IMG/VR virus record: IMGVR_UViG_3300032050_000004
Location: 158,070-222,069 of that record
Length of the DNA stretch: 64,000 bases
Reading direction: 5' to 3' (one strand)
Shown: positions 1-9,941 of the stretch, piece after piece
How positions within the stretch are numbered: position 1 is the stretch's first letter
How the letters are laid out: every line of letters begins with the position of its first letter
The notes under the pieces: model-generated
What the model was told of the DNA's origin: nothing
The model's database searches: none
What the model saw: only the letters and a program-made list of their open reading frames with translations
Position numbers and translations under genes: made by a program

Positions 1-1
1 T

Positions 2-754
2 TTTACCTTTAGAAGGTGATGTTGTTACAGGTGCGTGATTTGGTAATATATGATGACGACGTGTTCCAGAAACTCTTATTGAAGGGTGGGGTAACATTCT
101 TTCTTCGTCTATCTCTTTTTTATTTTTTTTATTAATTATAGCTTTTTGCAATTCATCTGGAAGTTCTGATTGTTTACCTTTAAGGGCAGGATCTTCATCG
201 TATTTATCTGAAAATTCTAATTCTTCTTCTAAATCTTCATCAACTTCATCTAATGTTTTTGACACAGGTGAATGATATGGTAAATTTTCTTTATTTCTTC
301 CCGGAGTTCTTGTTTTGTCAGGAAATGCTAACATTCTCTCTTCCATATTAGCCCCTTTAGCACAACAATCATCACACCAAGTTTTTGCTTCATCTTCTGT
401 GTCAAAATATTTATTATCGTCTACCTCACTATTTTTGAAAACAATTGCTAAAAATTTATCAGAAGCATTTATTCCATCTCTTGGAGAGATTATTTTACTA
501 TCATATGAATCCATATCTTCCATATCAAAATTCTCATCTTGATCTTCGGCTAATTTCTTTGCTTGGGCTGTAGCTATAGCGTAAGTTTTTGGAGTTTTTC
601 CATACTTAGACTTAAGAGCTTTTACCAATTCTTCTTTCTTTTCTTCTTCGGCAGGTGTCAGGGGCCTTTCCTGAATATATCCGTCTCCGGGCATTTCAGA
701 CATAATTTTCCTAACTTCTTCTTTAATTAAGGATCTGATATCAATTTTTGCCAT
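2..754 (-). CDS. Acidic putative head internal protein, 3' end runs off the window (missing from ORF track)
   Basis: ATG at 754; open frame MAKIDIRSLIKEEVRKIMSE...KGKQSELPDELQKAII... to the window edge; TATTTAT motif at 774-780 on the minus strand. Confidence 0.7.
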   Translation of the reverse strand, partial: MAKIDIRSLIKEEVRKIMSEMPGDGYIQERPLTPAEEEKKEELVKALKSKYGKTPKTYAIATAQAKKLAEDQDENFDMEDMDSYDSKIISPRDGINASDKFLAIVFKNSEVDDNKYFDTEDEAKTWCDDCCAKGANMEERMLAFPDKTRTPGRNKENLPYHSPVSKTLDEVDEDLEEELEFSDKYDEDPALKGKQSELPDELQKAIINKKNKKEIDEERMLPHPSIRVSGTRRHHILPNHAPVTTSPSKGK

Positions 755-789
755 TATATTATCTTATTTAATAATAAATAGCAAGAAAA

Positions 790-1116
790 TTATTCTATTA
801 TATTAAGATTTTTTATACCTTCTTTTTTGAAAGATTTCATGTTTACATTTTTCGGATTCAATCCTTTTGACTCCAAAAATTCATTTAAAGTCATAAAAAT
901 GTCAGAATAATACTCTTTTATGCAGTTTTCATAAGCAAGAAGTTGTTCTTGAGATAAACCCTCTGGATTAATCTCATAACCAGAAAGGTATTTTACATCA
1001 TTTTTATTAAAGTCTTTGTAAGAATTAAAACTTTCTTTTAAAAATGACGGATTAATAATAAGTCTTTCTGATTTTGATCCGTCTTCTTTTAGATATTCAA
1101 ATTTAGCTTTTTTCAT
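790..1116 (-). CDS. Hypothetical protein
   Basis: 108-aa ORF in the ORF track, no competing ORF. Confidence 0.6.
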   Translation of the reverse strand: MKKAKFEYLKEDGSKSERLIINPSFLKESFNSYKDFNKNDVKYLSGYEINPEGLSQEQLLAYENCIKEYYSDIFMTLNEFLESKGLNPKNVNMKSFKKEGIKNLNIIE

Positions 1117-1187
1117 ATTACTATAATTTTCATAGATAAAAGTAAAAATTTTTTATAATATTTACTAATAAACAAAACAAAAACATT

Positions 1188-1403
1188 ATGGATACTTTAA
1201 CAACAACAGTAGCAGACAGCATTTCGACAGCAGTAACAAACAATGTTCCTAGTTTCGGAATTTTTGAGCAATTAGCCAATTACGGTGCCTTAGGATTAGC
1301 AGCTTTAGCTTTAGGAGCAGTATGTTGGATATTCATCAAAAGACATTTAGATGAAAAAGACAGATTGCAGAGAAAATTAGATGAAATGGATAAGAACAAA
1401 TGA
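1188..1403 (+). CDS. Small single-TM membrane protein, BhlA-like holin candidate
   Basis: One hydrophobic helix (YGALGLAALALGAVCWIFI) followed by a charged coiled-coil tail. Confidence 0.5.
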   Translation: MDTLTTTVADSISTAVTNNVPSFGIFEQLANYGALGLAALALGAVCWIFIKRHLDEKDRLQRKLDEMDKNK

Positions 1404-1696
1404 TTTTATTACAAGCTTCACCAGTACCATCTTTCGGAATATTTGAAACCCTTACCCAATATGGGGCTTTGGGTGTTATTACATTAGGTTTAGGAGCTGC
1501 TCTATGGTTTTTGTTGAAAAGACAAATAGCTTCAGAAGATAGATTAAAATCTCAAGTTGAGGATTTACAAAAAGAATTAAATAATTACGTCAAAAATGAT
1601 GCTGTAAATATGAAAAATTCTGTAGATAATAATACTAGAGCACTTCAAGATCTAAAAGATATTATTCTTCAATCTTCAATAAAACAGAAAAGATAA
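1400..1696 (+). CDS. Paralogous single-TM membrane protein, holin candidate
   Basis: Shares VPSFGIFExLxxYGALG with the upstream ORF; 4-nt overlap. Confidence 0.5.
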   Translation: MILLQASPVPSFGIFETLTQYGALGVITLGLGAALWFLLKRQIASEDRLKSQVEDLQKELNNYVKNDAVNMKNSVDNNTRALQDLKDIILQSSIKQKR

Positions 1697-2070
1697 TGAG
1701 TAAATCAAATAAAATTTTATATTCAGTTCTAGGAAGTGTAGTTATCCTTGTTGTATTAAATATTTTATTTGCCGGAACAGGACACGTTAAAGTTGTAGAG
1801 TCAAATGTTACTTTGACTGAATCAAACAATAAATTAACACAAGAAAACCAAAAGTTGACAACCGAAAATCAAGAATTGAAAGTTATGACCGATTCGTTGA
1901 TTGTAGCAGGAGATTCACTGAAAAATGAAGTTTCAACTTTAGAAAATAAAGTAGATAACTATGAAACTCAAATTGAACAGGTTGATAACAATAATAGGGC
2001 TAATGATAATTTTTCTAAGCCCTATAAAATCGTTGTGCCAATCACAGAAATATCCGATAGTACGAATTAG
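1696..2070 (+). CDS. N-terminal TM plus coiled-coil protein (inner-spanin-like)
   Basis: TM ILYSVLGSVVILVVLNILFA, then heptad-rich region SNNKLTQENQKLTTENQELK. Confidence 0.45.
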   Translation: MSKSNKILYSVLGSVVILVVLNILFAGTGHVKVVESNVTLTESNNKLTQENQKLTTENQELKVMTDSLIVAGDSLKNEVSTLENKVDNYETQIEQVDNNNRANDNFSKPYKIVVPITEISDSTN

Positions 2071-2482
2071 TGGCAAGGATACTGTTGTTGTAATGACAGT
2101 AAAACAAGCCGATGCAATCAATTTAAGATTGCAAAAAATGCAATCACAATTAGATAGTTTAAAGAAAGTTGTAGAAGAAAAGGATTTGGCTTTAAAAAGC
2201 AATAAATCATGTGATTCTTTAGAAACAAAATTTCAAGATATGTCTCACGGACCAACTTTTATTTATAATTATAAAAATGATATATATACTTTAGATTTAA
2301 GTTTATATAAGATTAAATTAAATAATCTTGGTAGGGTTAAACTTAAAAAAATGACCAGATGGGAGATTGGGAGATATTTTGAACTTTTAAATGGTAACTC
2401 TAATAATACAATTGATTGGAAGGAGACATTCAGAGATTATAATTTACCCTTGATAGAAGACAATAAATTGCTACAATTCTAA
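1961..2482 (+). CDS. Secreted coiled-coil protein overlapping the upstream gene (possible outer-spanin partner)
   Basis: Signal-like N-terminus ending KSLC-Q; overlaps the 3' end of 1696-2070 in another frame. Confidence 0.4.
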   Translation: MKLKLNRLITIIGLMIIFLSPIKSLCQSQKYPIVRISGKDTVVVMTVKQADAINLRLQKMQSQLDSLKKVVEEKDLALKSNKSCDSLETKFQDMSHGPTFIYNYKNDIYTLDLSLYKIKLNNLGRVKLKKMTRWEIGRYFELLNGNSNNTIDWKETFRDYNLPLIEDNKLLQF

Positions 2483-2487
2483 AATTT

Positions 2488-3894
2488 ATGAAAAATTTTA
2501 TTTTTTTAGTTTTTTTATTTACATTATTATTTAATTCTTTATTTGGTCAAATACCTACAAGATTAATAGTAAATCCGGGTTTTGAACAACCTTCATTAGG
2601 TTGTACCAATTGTTATAACTTATTTCCAGTAGCTAGTGTTCCCGGTTGGAAAACTACAGATCCAACTGCTGTAATAGAAATTTGGGGTACTGGTTTTCAA
2701 AGCAAAACTTCACGTTCAGGAATTCAATTTGCTGAAATAAATGCGAACAATTCAGCTTTTTTATATCAAGAGTTATGTTTAGCTCCCAATGAAGTTGTTA
2801 ATTATTCTATTTGGTATTTGAAAAGGACTACAAATACAGAACAGATGAGAGCACAATTGACTGAATTAAATAATACTGTTATATCTCAATCTGTAGTTTA
2901 TACAGCAACAAATAGTTGGGTTAATTATACGGGCACTTTGACAAATAATGGTACAGGAGGTTTAAAAAGAATAGGTTTTGTTGCTGTTACTGGTGGATCT
3001 ACAGGTAACTTGATTGATGATATTACTATATCATTAAAACCAATAATTAGTCTAAAAAACTTTACGCCTTCTAGACAAAATGAAGGTGTTCAAACAAATT
3101 TAATTTTAATTGTAAATGGTACATTGACATCTCCGGCAACAATTAATTTAAATTTAACGGGTACTGCCACTTATCCAAATGATTTTACAATAGGTAATCC
3201 TAGCAGAGGGACAATTTCAATTAATTCAGGAAATATAACTTTAAATCTGCCATCTGGAGATTATAATCCAAATTTAAACTCTGGAACCAATCTAGGTGAA
3301 ATATCAATTCCGATAACAGGGTTGACAGATGGAATCAATGAACCAAGTGAAACAATTACATATACTCTTTCATCTGTATCAGGAGGTGGAATCAACTTTC
3401 CACTTGTTGCTGGTCTAAATGGTATAGGAGCAAATTGTTCAACATATATAGGCTCTGTCACGGATACAATAAATAATTTTTCACCACTACCAATACAATT
3501 ACTTTATTTCTTGGGATTTGTGAAAAATGAAAAGGTTGAACTTAACTGGAAAACTGCTAGTGAAATAAATAATGATTATTTTACTGTTTATGAATCTAAC
3601 AATTTAAATGATTTAAATGAATTAATTAGGATAGATGGTGCAGGAAATTCAAATTTTCCTAGAGAATATTCCTGTGTTGATTTAACTCCATCAAAATATT
3701 ATAAATTATGTCAAACAGATTATGATGGTAAATATGAATGTTTCGATTGGATTTCAGTTAATTTAAATAGTAAGGAAGACCCAATATATAGAATTTATGA
3801 TGTTTTCGGAAGAGAAACCAGCTTGGATCACGAAGGAGTAATAATCATAGTGGATGAGAGAGGAAAAGCACAAAAAATTTTAATTAAAAAATAA
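2488..3894 (+). CDS. Secreted Bacteroidota-type surface protein with T9SS-cargo-like C-terminus
   Basis: Signal peptide ending LFG-Q; CBM-like IVNPGFEQP domain; Calx-beta/Ig-like middle; PLPIQLLYF...LNWKTASEINNDYF motif; terminal IYDVFGRE...KILIKK. Confidence 0.65.
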   Translation: MKNFIFLVFLFTLLFNSLFGQIPTRLIVNPGFEQPSLGCTNCYNLFPVASVPGWKTTDPTAVIEIWGTGFQSKTSRSGIQFAEINANNSAFLYQELCLAPNEVVNYSIWYLKRTTNTEQMRAQLTELNNTVISQSVVYTATNSWVNYTGTLTNNGTGGLKRIGFVAVTGGSTGNLIDDITISLKPIISLKNFTPSRQNEGVQTNLILIVNGTLTSPATINLNLTGTATYPNDFTIGNPSRGTISINSGNITLNLPSGDYNPNLNSGTNLGEISIPITGLTDGINEPSETITYTLSSVSGGGINFPLVAGLNGIGANCSTYIGSVTDTINNFSPLPIQLLYFLGFVKNEKVELNWKTASEINNDYFTVYESNNLNDLNELIRIDGAGNSNFPREYSCVDLTPSKYYKLCQTDYDGKYECFDWISVNLNSKEDPIYRIYDVFGRETSLDHEGVIIIVDERGKAQKILIKK

Positions 3895-3910
3895 AAAAAA
3901 TAATTATTTA

Positions 3911-4432
3911 TTGTTAGATAAATTAAATATAGTGAAAGATAATCATTTAATGTGTGGTTTTGAATCAATTAAGGATTTGGTAAAAAGTGCTTTTGGATTA
4001 GACCATATTTATACAAACACAGTAATCGCTTCAATAGGAGCTATATCAACATTTATAACATCATATATATATGATGATGCTCAAGCAATTTATGTATTAC
4101 TCGGGTTTATAGCTTTTGATTCTTTGACAGGAATTTTAAAAGCTTTTAAACAAAATATATTTTCTTCAGCCAAATTACCCAGAATATTAGTTATTATGGT
4201 ATTGTATGTTTCTTTGTTGAGTTTGGGTTGGAATTTGGCAAAAGTTGACGATATATTTAGTTGGTTACCGGGAACACTTTATTTTGGTTTTATTAGCACA
4301 CTTGTAATTTCTATCATAGAAAACCTTCATGCTTTAAATGTAATTTCTGATGAAATATATAATCACATGAAGAAAAAAATGAAATTAGTCCAAGAAATAT
4401 TTTTTGGGAAAGGTAAGTCAAGAAACGATTAA
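3911..4432 (+). CDS. Phage holin (toxin-secretion/phage lysis holin family-like); start may be ATG 3950
   Basis: Several TM segments with FIAFDSLTGILKAFK...SSAKL and LVISIIENL motifs typical of this holin family. Confidence 0.65.
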   Translation: MLDKLNIVKDNHLMCGFESIKDLVKSAFGLDHIYTNTVIASIGAISTFITSYIYDDAQAIYVLLGFIAFDSLTGILKAFKQNIFSSAKLPRILVIMVLYVSLLSLGWNLAKVDDIFSWLPGTLYFGFISTLVISIIENLHALNVISDEIYNHMKKKMKLVQEIFFGKGKSRND

Positions 4433-7400
4433 ACAATTATTTTTCTGAATGGGGCAGAATTAGTGAAATTCAAGAACCCTTTTTTATTTTTAAAGAACTT
4501 TGTTACATAAAAACAATTTGTCTCTAAAATCAATCTCATCCTTTCATATAGATCATTGTTCATGGTAACCTTTTTGGTTGCAGCACCATCAGAAATTGTC
4601 AAAACATAATAATTTGATCCATCCCATTGAGCAGTTTTTTTCTCAATATGATTTATCATAAAATAATAAAATTTATTTGTATCCTCAAAATTCAAGGCTG
4701 AATCTATATTTAGACCAGTTGCTTTCATGAATTGTTCTTTTACACTCGCTATTTTATTTAATAAATTTAAATCTAATGAACAAATTTCTAGAAACTGATC
4801 ATATCTAATCTGATCTGTAGTCTTTTCAAAATCTTTATTTTTAAATTTTCTTTCAGCAACCGTCAAAACTGTATCGACATCGTTTGTGAACATATCTAAT
4901 TGGTTGCTTTGCTTATATTTTATCTGTTTCATTTCTATGAGTTCTTCTCTAGAATTTGACCAATCATCAAACAAACCAGCTTTCAAACATGATTCAAAAT
5001 TTGTTTTATTGAATTTAGACCATTTTGTTGAGAAAAACATTTCTTTATCCATTAATTCGACTCTGTTATTCTTTAATTCTTTGAAAGCTATTTCTCCCAT
5101 ACCATTTATTGAAGAATAACCCATAGCAATAATTTTATCTTCAATAATCGTCCAATCCCAGTTTGATTTTCTATTAGGAGGAACAATTTTTATTCCTTTC
5201 GACATTGCAGATAAAAGTGCTGAATTTAACCATGCTTTATTTTTTTCATCATCATTACCAGTTTTTGGATGATTTAGAAGAGCACAATAAAATTCAGTTG
5301 GATAATAATGTTTTAAAAATAATGTTTGTGCTGCAACATAGCTATAACTCAAACTGTGACTCAAATTAAATGAATAGCCAAGATATTTAATTAACCAAGA
5401 TTCAATTTTTTCAACGTCTTCTACAGACAAGCCTTTTGCAATCGCACCATCGATGAATTTTTTCCACAAATCCTTATAGGATTTGTAATTTTTATTATTT
5501 TCTTCATCATTTGATAACTCTTTTCCCTCTAATTTTTTTGATATTATCTTACCTGCACCATCCATTGCCTTACGCAAATTATCCCCTTCACCTAAACTCA
5601 TTCCTCCTATTTGATTAGCAATAAACATCAATTGTTCTTGATATATTAAAACTCCATTTGTTTTTTCTAACAGTGGAGCTAATATACTATGGGCATAAGT
5701 TCTTTTTTCAGGCTCAAATTTATTTTTAATAAATTCTTCATGAGCCTTAATTCCCATCGGTCCGGGACGATACAATGCGTTTGCTGCTACTAATTCGTCA
5801 AAATTTTCGCATTTCATAGATTTTAACATTGCATTCATACCTTCAGACTCAAACTGAAAAATACCTTGATTAAAACCTAATCTCAATTCATCATACAGAT
5901 TTTTATCTTCTAAATTAACATAATCTACTTCTAATTGGACCTTATCACCTATTTCATCTCCATGTCTTTCTCTTATATATTTTATGCAATCTTTTATAAC
6001 GTTTAATGTTTCTAATTTTAAACGATCAAGTTTTAATATACCAATAGAAGAAAGGTCTTTTGCATTTCCTGATTCTTGGAAACCAGAAACTATTTGACCT
6101 TTGCAAATATTAACTGGCATACTCTCCCAAATTGGGCCCGGTGTTATTACAATTCCAGCAGCATGTTTTCCAAGATTTCTTAATTGACCTTGTAATTTTA
6201 ATGTATTATCAATAACCTCTTTATTGTGTGGATCTAAAATCCACTTCCTTACCCTATCGCTACACATAGGATCATTTGGCCAATGTATTAACCATTCCTC
6301 AAGCGAAGAATCCCATTTTGTTGGCATTTCCTTAGTGACGGCAAAAATATCACTTTCGAATCCAGTGTCTTGACCTAGAGCTCTAGCAACATCTTTTATA
6401 CAACCTTTTTCATTGAAGGTTCCAAACGTAATTACTGGAACTACACGTTCTTTTCCATATTTTCCATAAAGAAAATTTAATGTCTTTTCATCTGTGCCAG
6501 CTTCAAAATCTGTATCAATATCCGGCATAGATTTTCTCTCTGGATTTAAGAATCTTTCAAAATATAAATCAAATCTTACAGGATCAATTTTTGTAATATC
6601 TAAACACCATGATAATAAGCTTCCGGCAGCGGAACCACGTCCCGGACCTGTTGCTATATCATTATCTTTACAAAATCTAATTAGCTCCCAAACGACCAAA
6701 AAATAATCAAGTACTTTTTTATCTTCAATAACTTTTAACTCATAATCTAGACGGTCATAATAAATTTTTTCTTTTTCGTAATCAATTTTTACAACACCCG
6801 TCTTTTCGTAATCCTTTAATTTTTGTTTTAATTTAGCTTTAGATAGTTTTTGAATTATTTCTATTGTGTTATCTGTTTTAAAATATTTTATAACATCAGG
6901 TGTAGGTTCATATTTAGGGTACTTATCATCGGTCATTTCAAATTCAAAATTGCATTTTTCAGCGACCTTCAAAGTATTATCTAAACAAAAGTCTACATAG
7001 TGTTCAGGATAATTAAAACCTAAACGTTTATTCATTTCGTGAAAATTCTCGAAATTTGTATAATATAATTCTCTTGCTTGTAATGAAAACGCTCTTCCTA
7101 CTGGTTGACTTTGGTTTATTGCAATTAAAATATCCTGTAATCTATTATCTTCCGGCATAGCATAATGAACGTCCCCAGTTAAAATTGGTTGTAAATCATG
7201 CTTTTTAATCATTTTTAAAATGAATTTATTATAGATTTTTTGTTCTTCAATTTCATTAAATTGAAGTTCTGCATAAAAATCATCACCAAATTCTCTTTTA
7301 AATAATAAAATTCTTTCTTCAGCTTCTTTTTCTTTACCCTCAGATATCAATCTGGCAAATTTTGATGCCATACAGGAGGATGTAACAATTAATCCTTTTT

Positions 7401-7839
7401 TATTTTCAATTAACCACTCAGTAGTAATTCTTCCTTTATAATAATATCCTTCAGTAAATGATCTATAAATTAATTTATTTAAATTTACATACCCTTCCTG
7501 ATTTTTTATAATAATAGATTGATGAGTATTTTTGGCTGAATTATCAATACTTTCAGCTTCTTCTTTCGGTATATTTTTATCTAAATTATCATTTAAATAA
7601 GCTTCCATACCGAGAATAGGTTTTATTCCAGCAGATTTACACTTTTGAAAATGTGTCAACCAACCAGAAGCATTACCATGGTCCAATATTGTGATTGCTG
7701 GATGATTAAATTCTTTAGCTAATTTTACGTAATTAGCTGATTTTGAAGCTCCATCTAAAGTTGAAAAATCAGTGTGTAAATGTAAATGCACCATCGGACG
7801 GTGCTTGCATCTTGGATTATTACAACTGCAATTTGGCAT
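4429..7839 (-). CDS. dnaE: DNA polymerase III alpha subunit (family C)
   Basis: PHP motif HLHLHTDFSTLDG, GPGRGSAAGSL, FERFLNPER, MPDIDTDF, GKHAAG, LYRPGPM, YSFNLSHS; no intein seen. Confidence 0.97.
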   Translation of the reverse strand: MPNCSCNNPRCKHRPMVHLHLHTDFSTLDGASKSANYVKLAKEFNHPAITILDHGNASGWLTHFQKCKSAGIKPILGMEAYLNDNLDKNIPKEEAESIDNSAKNTHQSIIIKNQEGYVNLNKLIYRSFTEGYYYKGRITTEWLIENKKGLIVTSSCMASKFARLISEGKEKEAEERILLFKREFGDDFYAELQFNEIEEQKIYNKFILKMIKKHDLQPILTGDVHYAMPEDNRLQDILIAINQSQPVGRAFSLQARELYYTNFENFHEMNKRLGFNYPEHYVDFCLDNTLKVAEKCNFEFEMTDDKYPKYEPTPDVIKYFKTDNTIEIIQKLSKAKLKQKLKDYEKTGVVKIDYEKEKIYYDRLDYELKVIEDKKVLDYFLVVWELIRFCKDNDIATGPGRGSAAGSLLSWCLDITKIDPVRFDLYFERFLNPERKSMPDIDTDFEAGTDEKTLNFLYGKYGKERVVPVITFGTFNEKGCIKDVARALGQDTGFESDIFAVTKEMPTKWDSSLEEWLIHWPNDPMCSDRVRKWILDPHNKEVIDNTLKLQGQLRNLGKHAAGIVITPGPIWESMPVNICKGQIVSGFQESGNAKDLSSIGILKLDRLKLETLNVIKDCIKYIRERHGDEIGDKVQLEVDYVNLEDKNLYDELRLGFNQGIFQFESEGMNAMLKSMKCENFDELVAANALYRPGPMGIKAHEEFIKNKFEPEKRTYAHSILAPLLEKTNGVLIYQEQLMFIANQIGGMSLGEGDNLRKAMDGAGKIISKKLEGKELSNDEENNKNYKSYKDLWKKFIDGAIAKGLSVEDVEKIESWLIKYLGYSFNLSHSLSYSYVAAQTLFLKHYYPTEFYCALLNHPKTGNDDEKNKAWLNSALLSAMSKGIKIVPPNRKSNWDWTIIEDKIIAMGYSSINGMGEIAFKELKNNRVELMDKEMFFSTKWSKFNKTNFESCLKAGLFDDWSNSREELIEMKQIKYKQSNQLDMFTNDVDTVLTVAERKFKNKDFEKTTDQIRYDQFLEICSLDLNLLNKIASVKEQFMKATGLNIDSALNFEDTNKFYYFMINHIEKKTAQWDGSNYYVLTISDGAATKKVTMNNDLYERMRLILETNCFYVTKFFKNKKGFLNFTNSAPFRKIIV

Positions 7840-7866
7840 AATTATATTTAAATATCAATGGACTTT

Positions 7867-7874
7867 CAAAGATA
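7867..7874 (-). promoter_or_regulatory. Bacteroidota-type -7 promoter element (TATCTTTG) upstream of dnaE
   Basis: Matches TAnnTTTG 28 nt upstream of the ATG; no clear -33 TTTG. Confidence 0.4.
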
Positions 7875-7936
7875 CAATAAAATTATAATTTTTTCTATTT
7901 TTTTAAAATAAAAATATTTATTATAAAACTATTTTA

Positions 7937-9634
7937 ATGCCAATTCCCCCAAATAAAATAAAATACAGCACTTCTCAAGTAAATAATGCAGTTAAGGCTA
8001 AAAATTTTGCACTGGGAATTAATTCTCTTGCAGCATACGGTCCAACTAGCTCAACAGGTTTTTGGAATGGCATAACTCCAAAAGCTAGTGGATATACTAT
8101 TTATGTTAATAAAATTTCTCAAGGACCATCAATATTTTGTCCGGGAAATGATTTAGAATTTATTACACTGACAAATTATATATCAGGAATTAATCATACA
8201 ACATTTAGCCAAGCTGCAGCTTGGTATGTTGGACAATCAGATATAATATGTGTCAATAAAGATTATCCAGACATAGTAACAAACGGATTAAGATTAATGG
8301 TTGATTCTAATTTTTTACCCTCATACTGTGGAAGCGGAACAACTTGGACTGATTTAAGTTATAGTGGATTCAATGTTACTTTATTAAACTCTCCAACATA
8401 TGTTTTATCAGGTAGAAGTTCATATATAAATTTTGCTTCTTCAAGTAGTAATTATGCAACTTTTAATGATTTAGGTAATTTAAATAATTTTACAGTTGAA
8501 GTTTGGGCTAAACAAAATTCTACTCCTGTTTCAAATGCTTATCCTACATTTATAACTAATACTTTTCCCGGACCTTCAGGAAATTATGTAAATTATGCTA
8601 TAGGATATTTAAATGCTCCTTGGGATGGTAAAATATATGGAGGATTTTTTAATGGATCTTGGCAATTACCATCAGCTGGCTTTACACCCACAACAGACCA
8701 ATGGTATCATTATTCAGTAACCTATAATGGCTCACAATTATTTTTTTATGTTGATGGTAAATATTATTCTTCCGCATCAACTTTGACAACCGCCCTATCT
8801 TCTGGTGCCGGTGGTAGATTAATGAGAAGATGGGATACTACAGATTATATTGATGGTAATTTGTTAAATTCTAAAATTTATAATAGATCTTTAAATTCAA
8901 CAGAAATTCTACAGAACTATAATGCTCATGCAGTTCCAGTTGGAGTTGAAACTAATGGATTAATTCTTAATCTAGATGCAGGTAATGTTTTATCTTACCC
9001 TCAAATCGGAACATTATGGAAAAGCACAGTTTCATCTGTTCAGAATAATGGTACTTTGACAAATGGGCCAACATTTAATTTATCTAATGGTGGAAGCATT
9101 GTATTTGATGGTGCAAATGATTATGTTTCATTACCAGCAAACTTTTTCAACCACGATGCGGGAACACCTTTTAGTGTATCTATTTGGTTTAAAACAACTA
9201 CAGCTGGAGGAACTTTATTTGGACAACAAAATACAACAAACCCTTCTTCTGCCTCGGGTTATGTTCCTGCTATCTATATTAATTCTTCTGGAAAAATAGT
9301 TACATCTTGTTTTTGGGGTGGATCAGTATCAAATTCAACAACTTCAGTTACTTCTGTTAATGATGGTAATTGGCATAATATTGTTGTAACATTCGCATCA
9401 ACATCACATAAAACATATTTAGATAATAATTTGATTGGTACTATTTCTAAAACACAAAATAATTATTCAGCGACTTATTATTATTTTTTAGGAGCAGGCT
9501 ATAGTGCAGCTTGGACAGGTGCTAATGGTTTTTATTTCAATGGAAATATAGCTTATGCTTCATTTTATAATACTGAATTAACATCAACACAAGTTAATCA
9601 AAATTATCAATCACTAAATTATAGATTTATATAA
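7937..9634 (+). CDS. LamG/concanavalin-A-like lectin-domain virion or tail protein (two LamG domains)
   Basis: FTVEVW, WYHYSVTYNGSQLFFYVDG, IVFDGANDYV, WHNIVVT and EILQNYNA motifs, repeated twice. Confidence 0.8.
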   Translation: MPIPPNKIKYSTSQVNNAVKAKNFALGINSLAAYGPTSSTGFWNGITPKASGYTIYVNKISQGPSIFCPGNDLEFITLTNYISGINHTTFSQAAAWYVGQSDIICVNKDYPDIVTNGLRLMVDSNFLPSYCGSGTTWTDLSYSGFNVTLLNSPTYVLSGRSSYINFASSSSNYATFNDLGNLNNFTVEVWAKQNSTPVSNAYPTFITNTFPGPSGNYVNYAIGYLNAPWDGKIYGGFFNGSWQLPSAGFTPTTDQWYHYSVTYNGSQLFFYVDGKYYSSASTLTTALSSGAGGRLMRRWDTTDYIDGNLLNSKIYNRSLNSTEILQNYNAHAVPVGVETNGLILNLDAGNVLSYPQIGTLWKSTVSSVQNNGTLTNGPTFNLSNGGSIVFDGANDYVSLPANFFNHDAGTPFSVSIWFKTTTAGGTLFGQQNTTNPSSASGYVPAIYINSSGKIVTSCFWGGSVSNSTTSVTSVNDGNWHNIVVTFASTSHKTYLDNNLIGTISKTQNNYSATYYYFLGAGYSAAWTGANGFYFNGNIAYASFYNTELTSTQVNQNYQSLNYRFI

Positions 9635-9888
9635 TGGAAAATAGAAATTATTTAATAATAAATGTTTCAGAGTTAAATAAGATTGATTTTGAACAAATTT
9701 GTGAAAATTCAATAGATACATTAAGATATAGTTCTGATGGTTCTAAAACTTTTATAAAATGGGAAAATAATCAAGAACCTGATTTTATATCTGCATTAAT
9801 AACAAAAGAAGGCCCTTATAATCAGATACAGATTTTGGAAATACTTTCATCAGATGAATGGATTTCAAAACAAGGAACAATGAATTAA
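9634..9888 (+). CDS. Small conserved-type phage protein accompanying the LamG gene
   Basis: Coupled start/stop overlap; LRYSSDGSKTFIKW motif. Confidence 0.6.
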   Translation: MENRNYLIINVSELNKIDFEQICENSIDTLRYSSDGSKTFIKWENNQEPDFISALITKEGPYNQIQILEILSSDEWISKQGTMN

Positions 9889-9941
9889 AATTTCCTTTTT
9901 TAGTATTATTTCTATATTTATTTTAAAGTTTTACAACTAAT

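Noticed and set aside
315-542. 75-aa + strand ORF
   Set aside because: Antisense to the real minus-strand gene 2-754
4886-6706. Short + strand ORFs inside dnaE
   Set aside because: Antisense to a well-supported gene, no independent signals
4429-7839. Intein in DnaE
   Set aside because: Length is normal, motifs are contiguous and no HN-C/S/T junction or LAGLIDADG block was recognised
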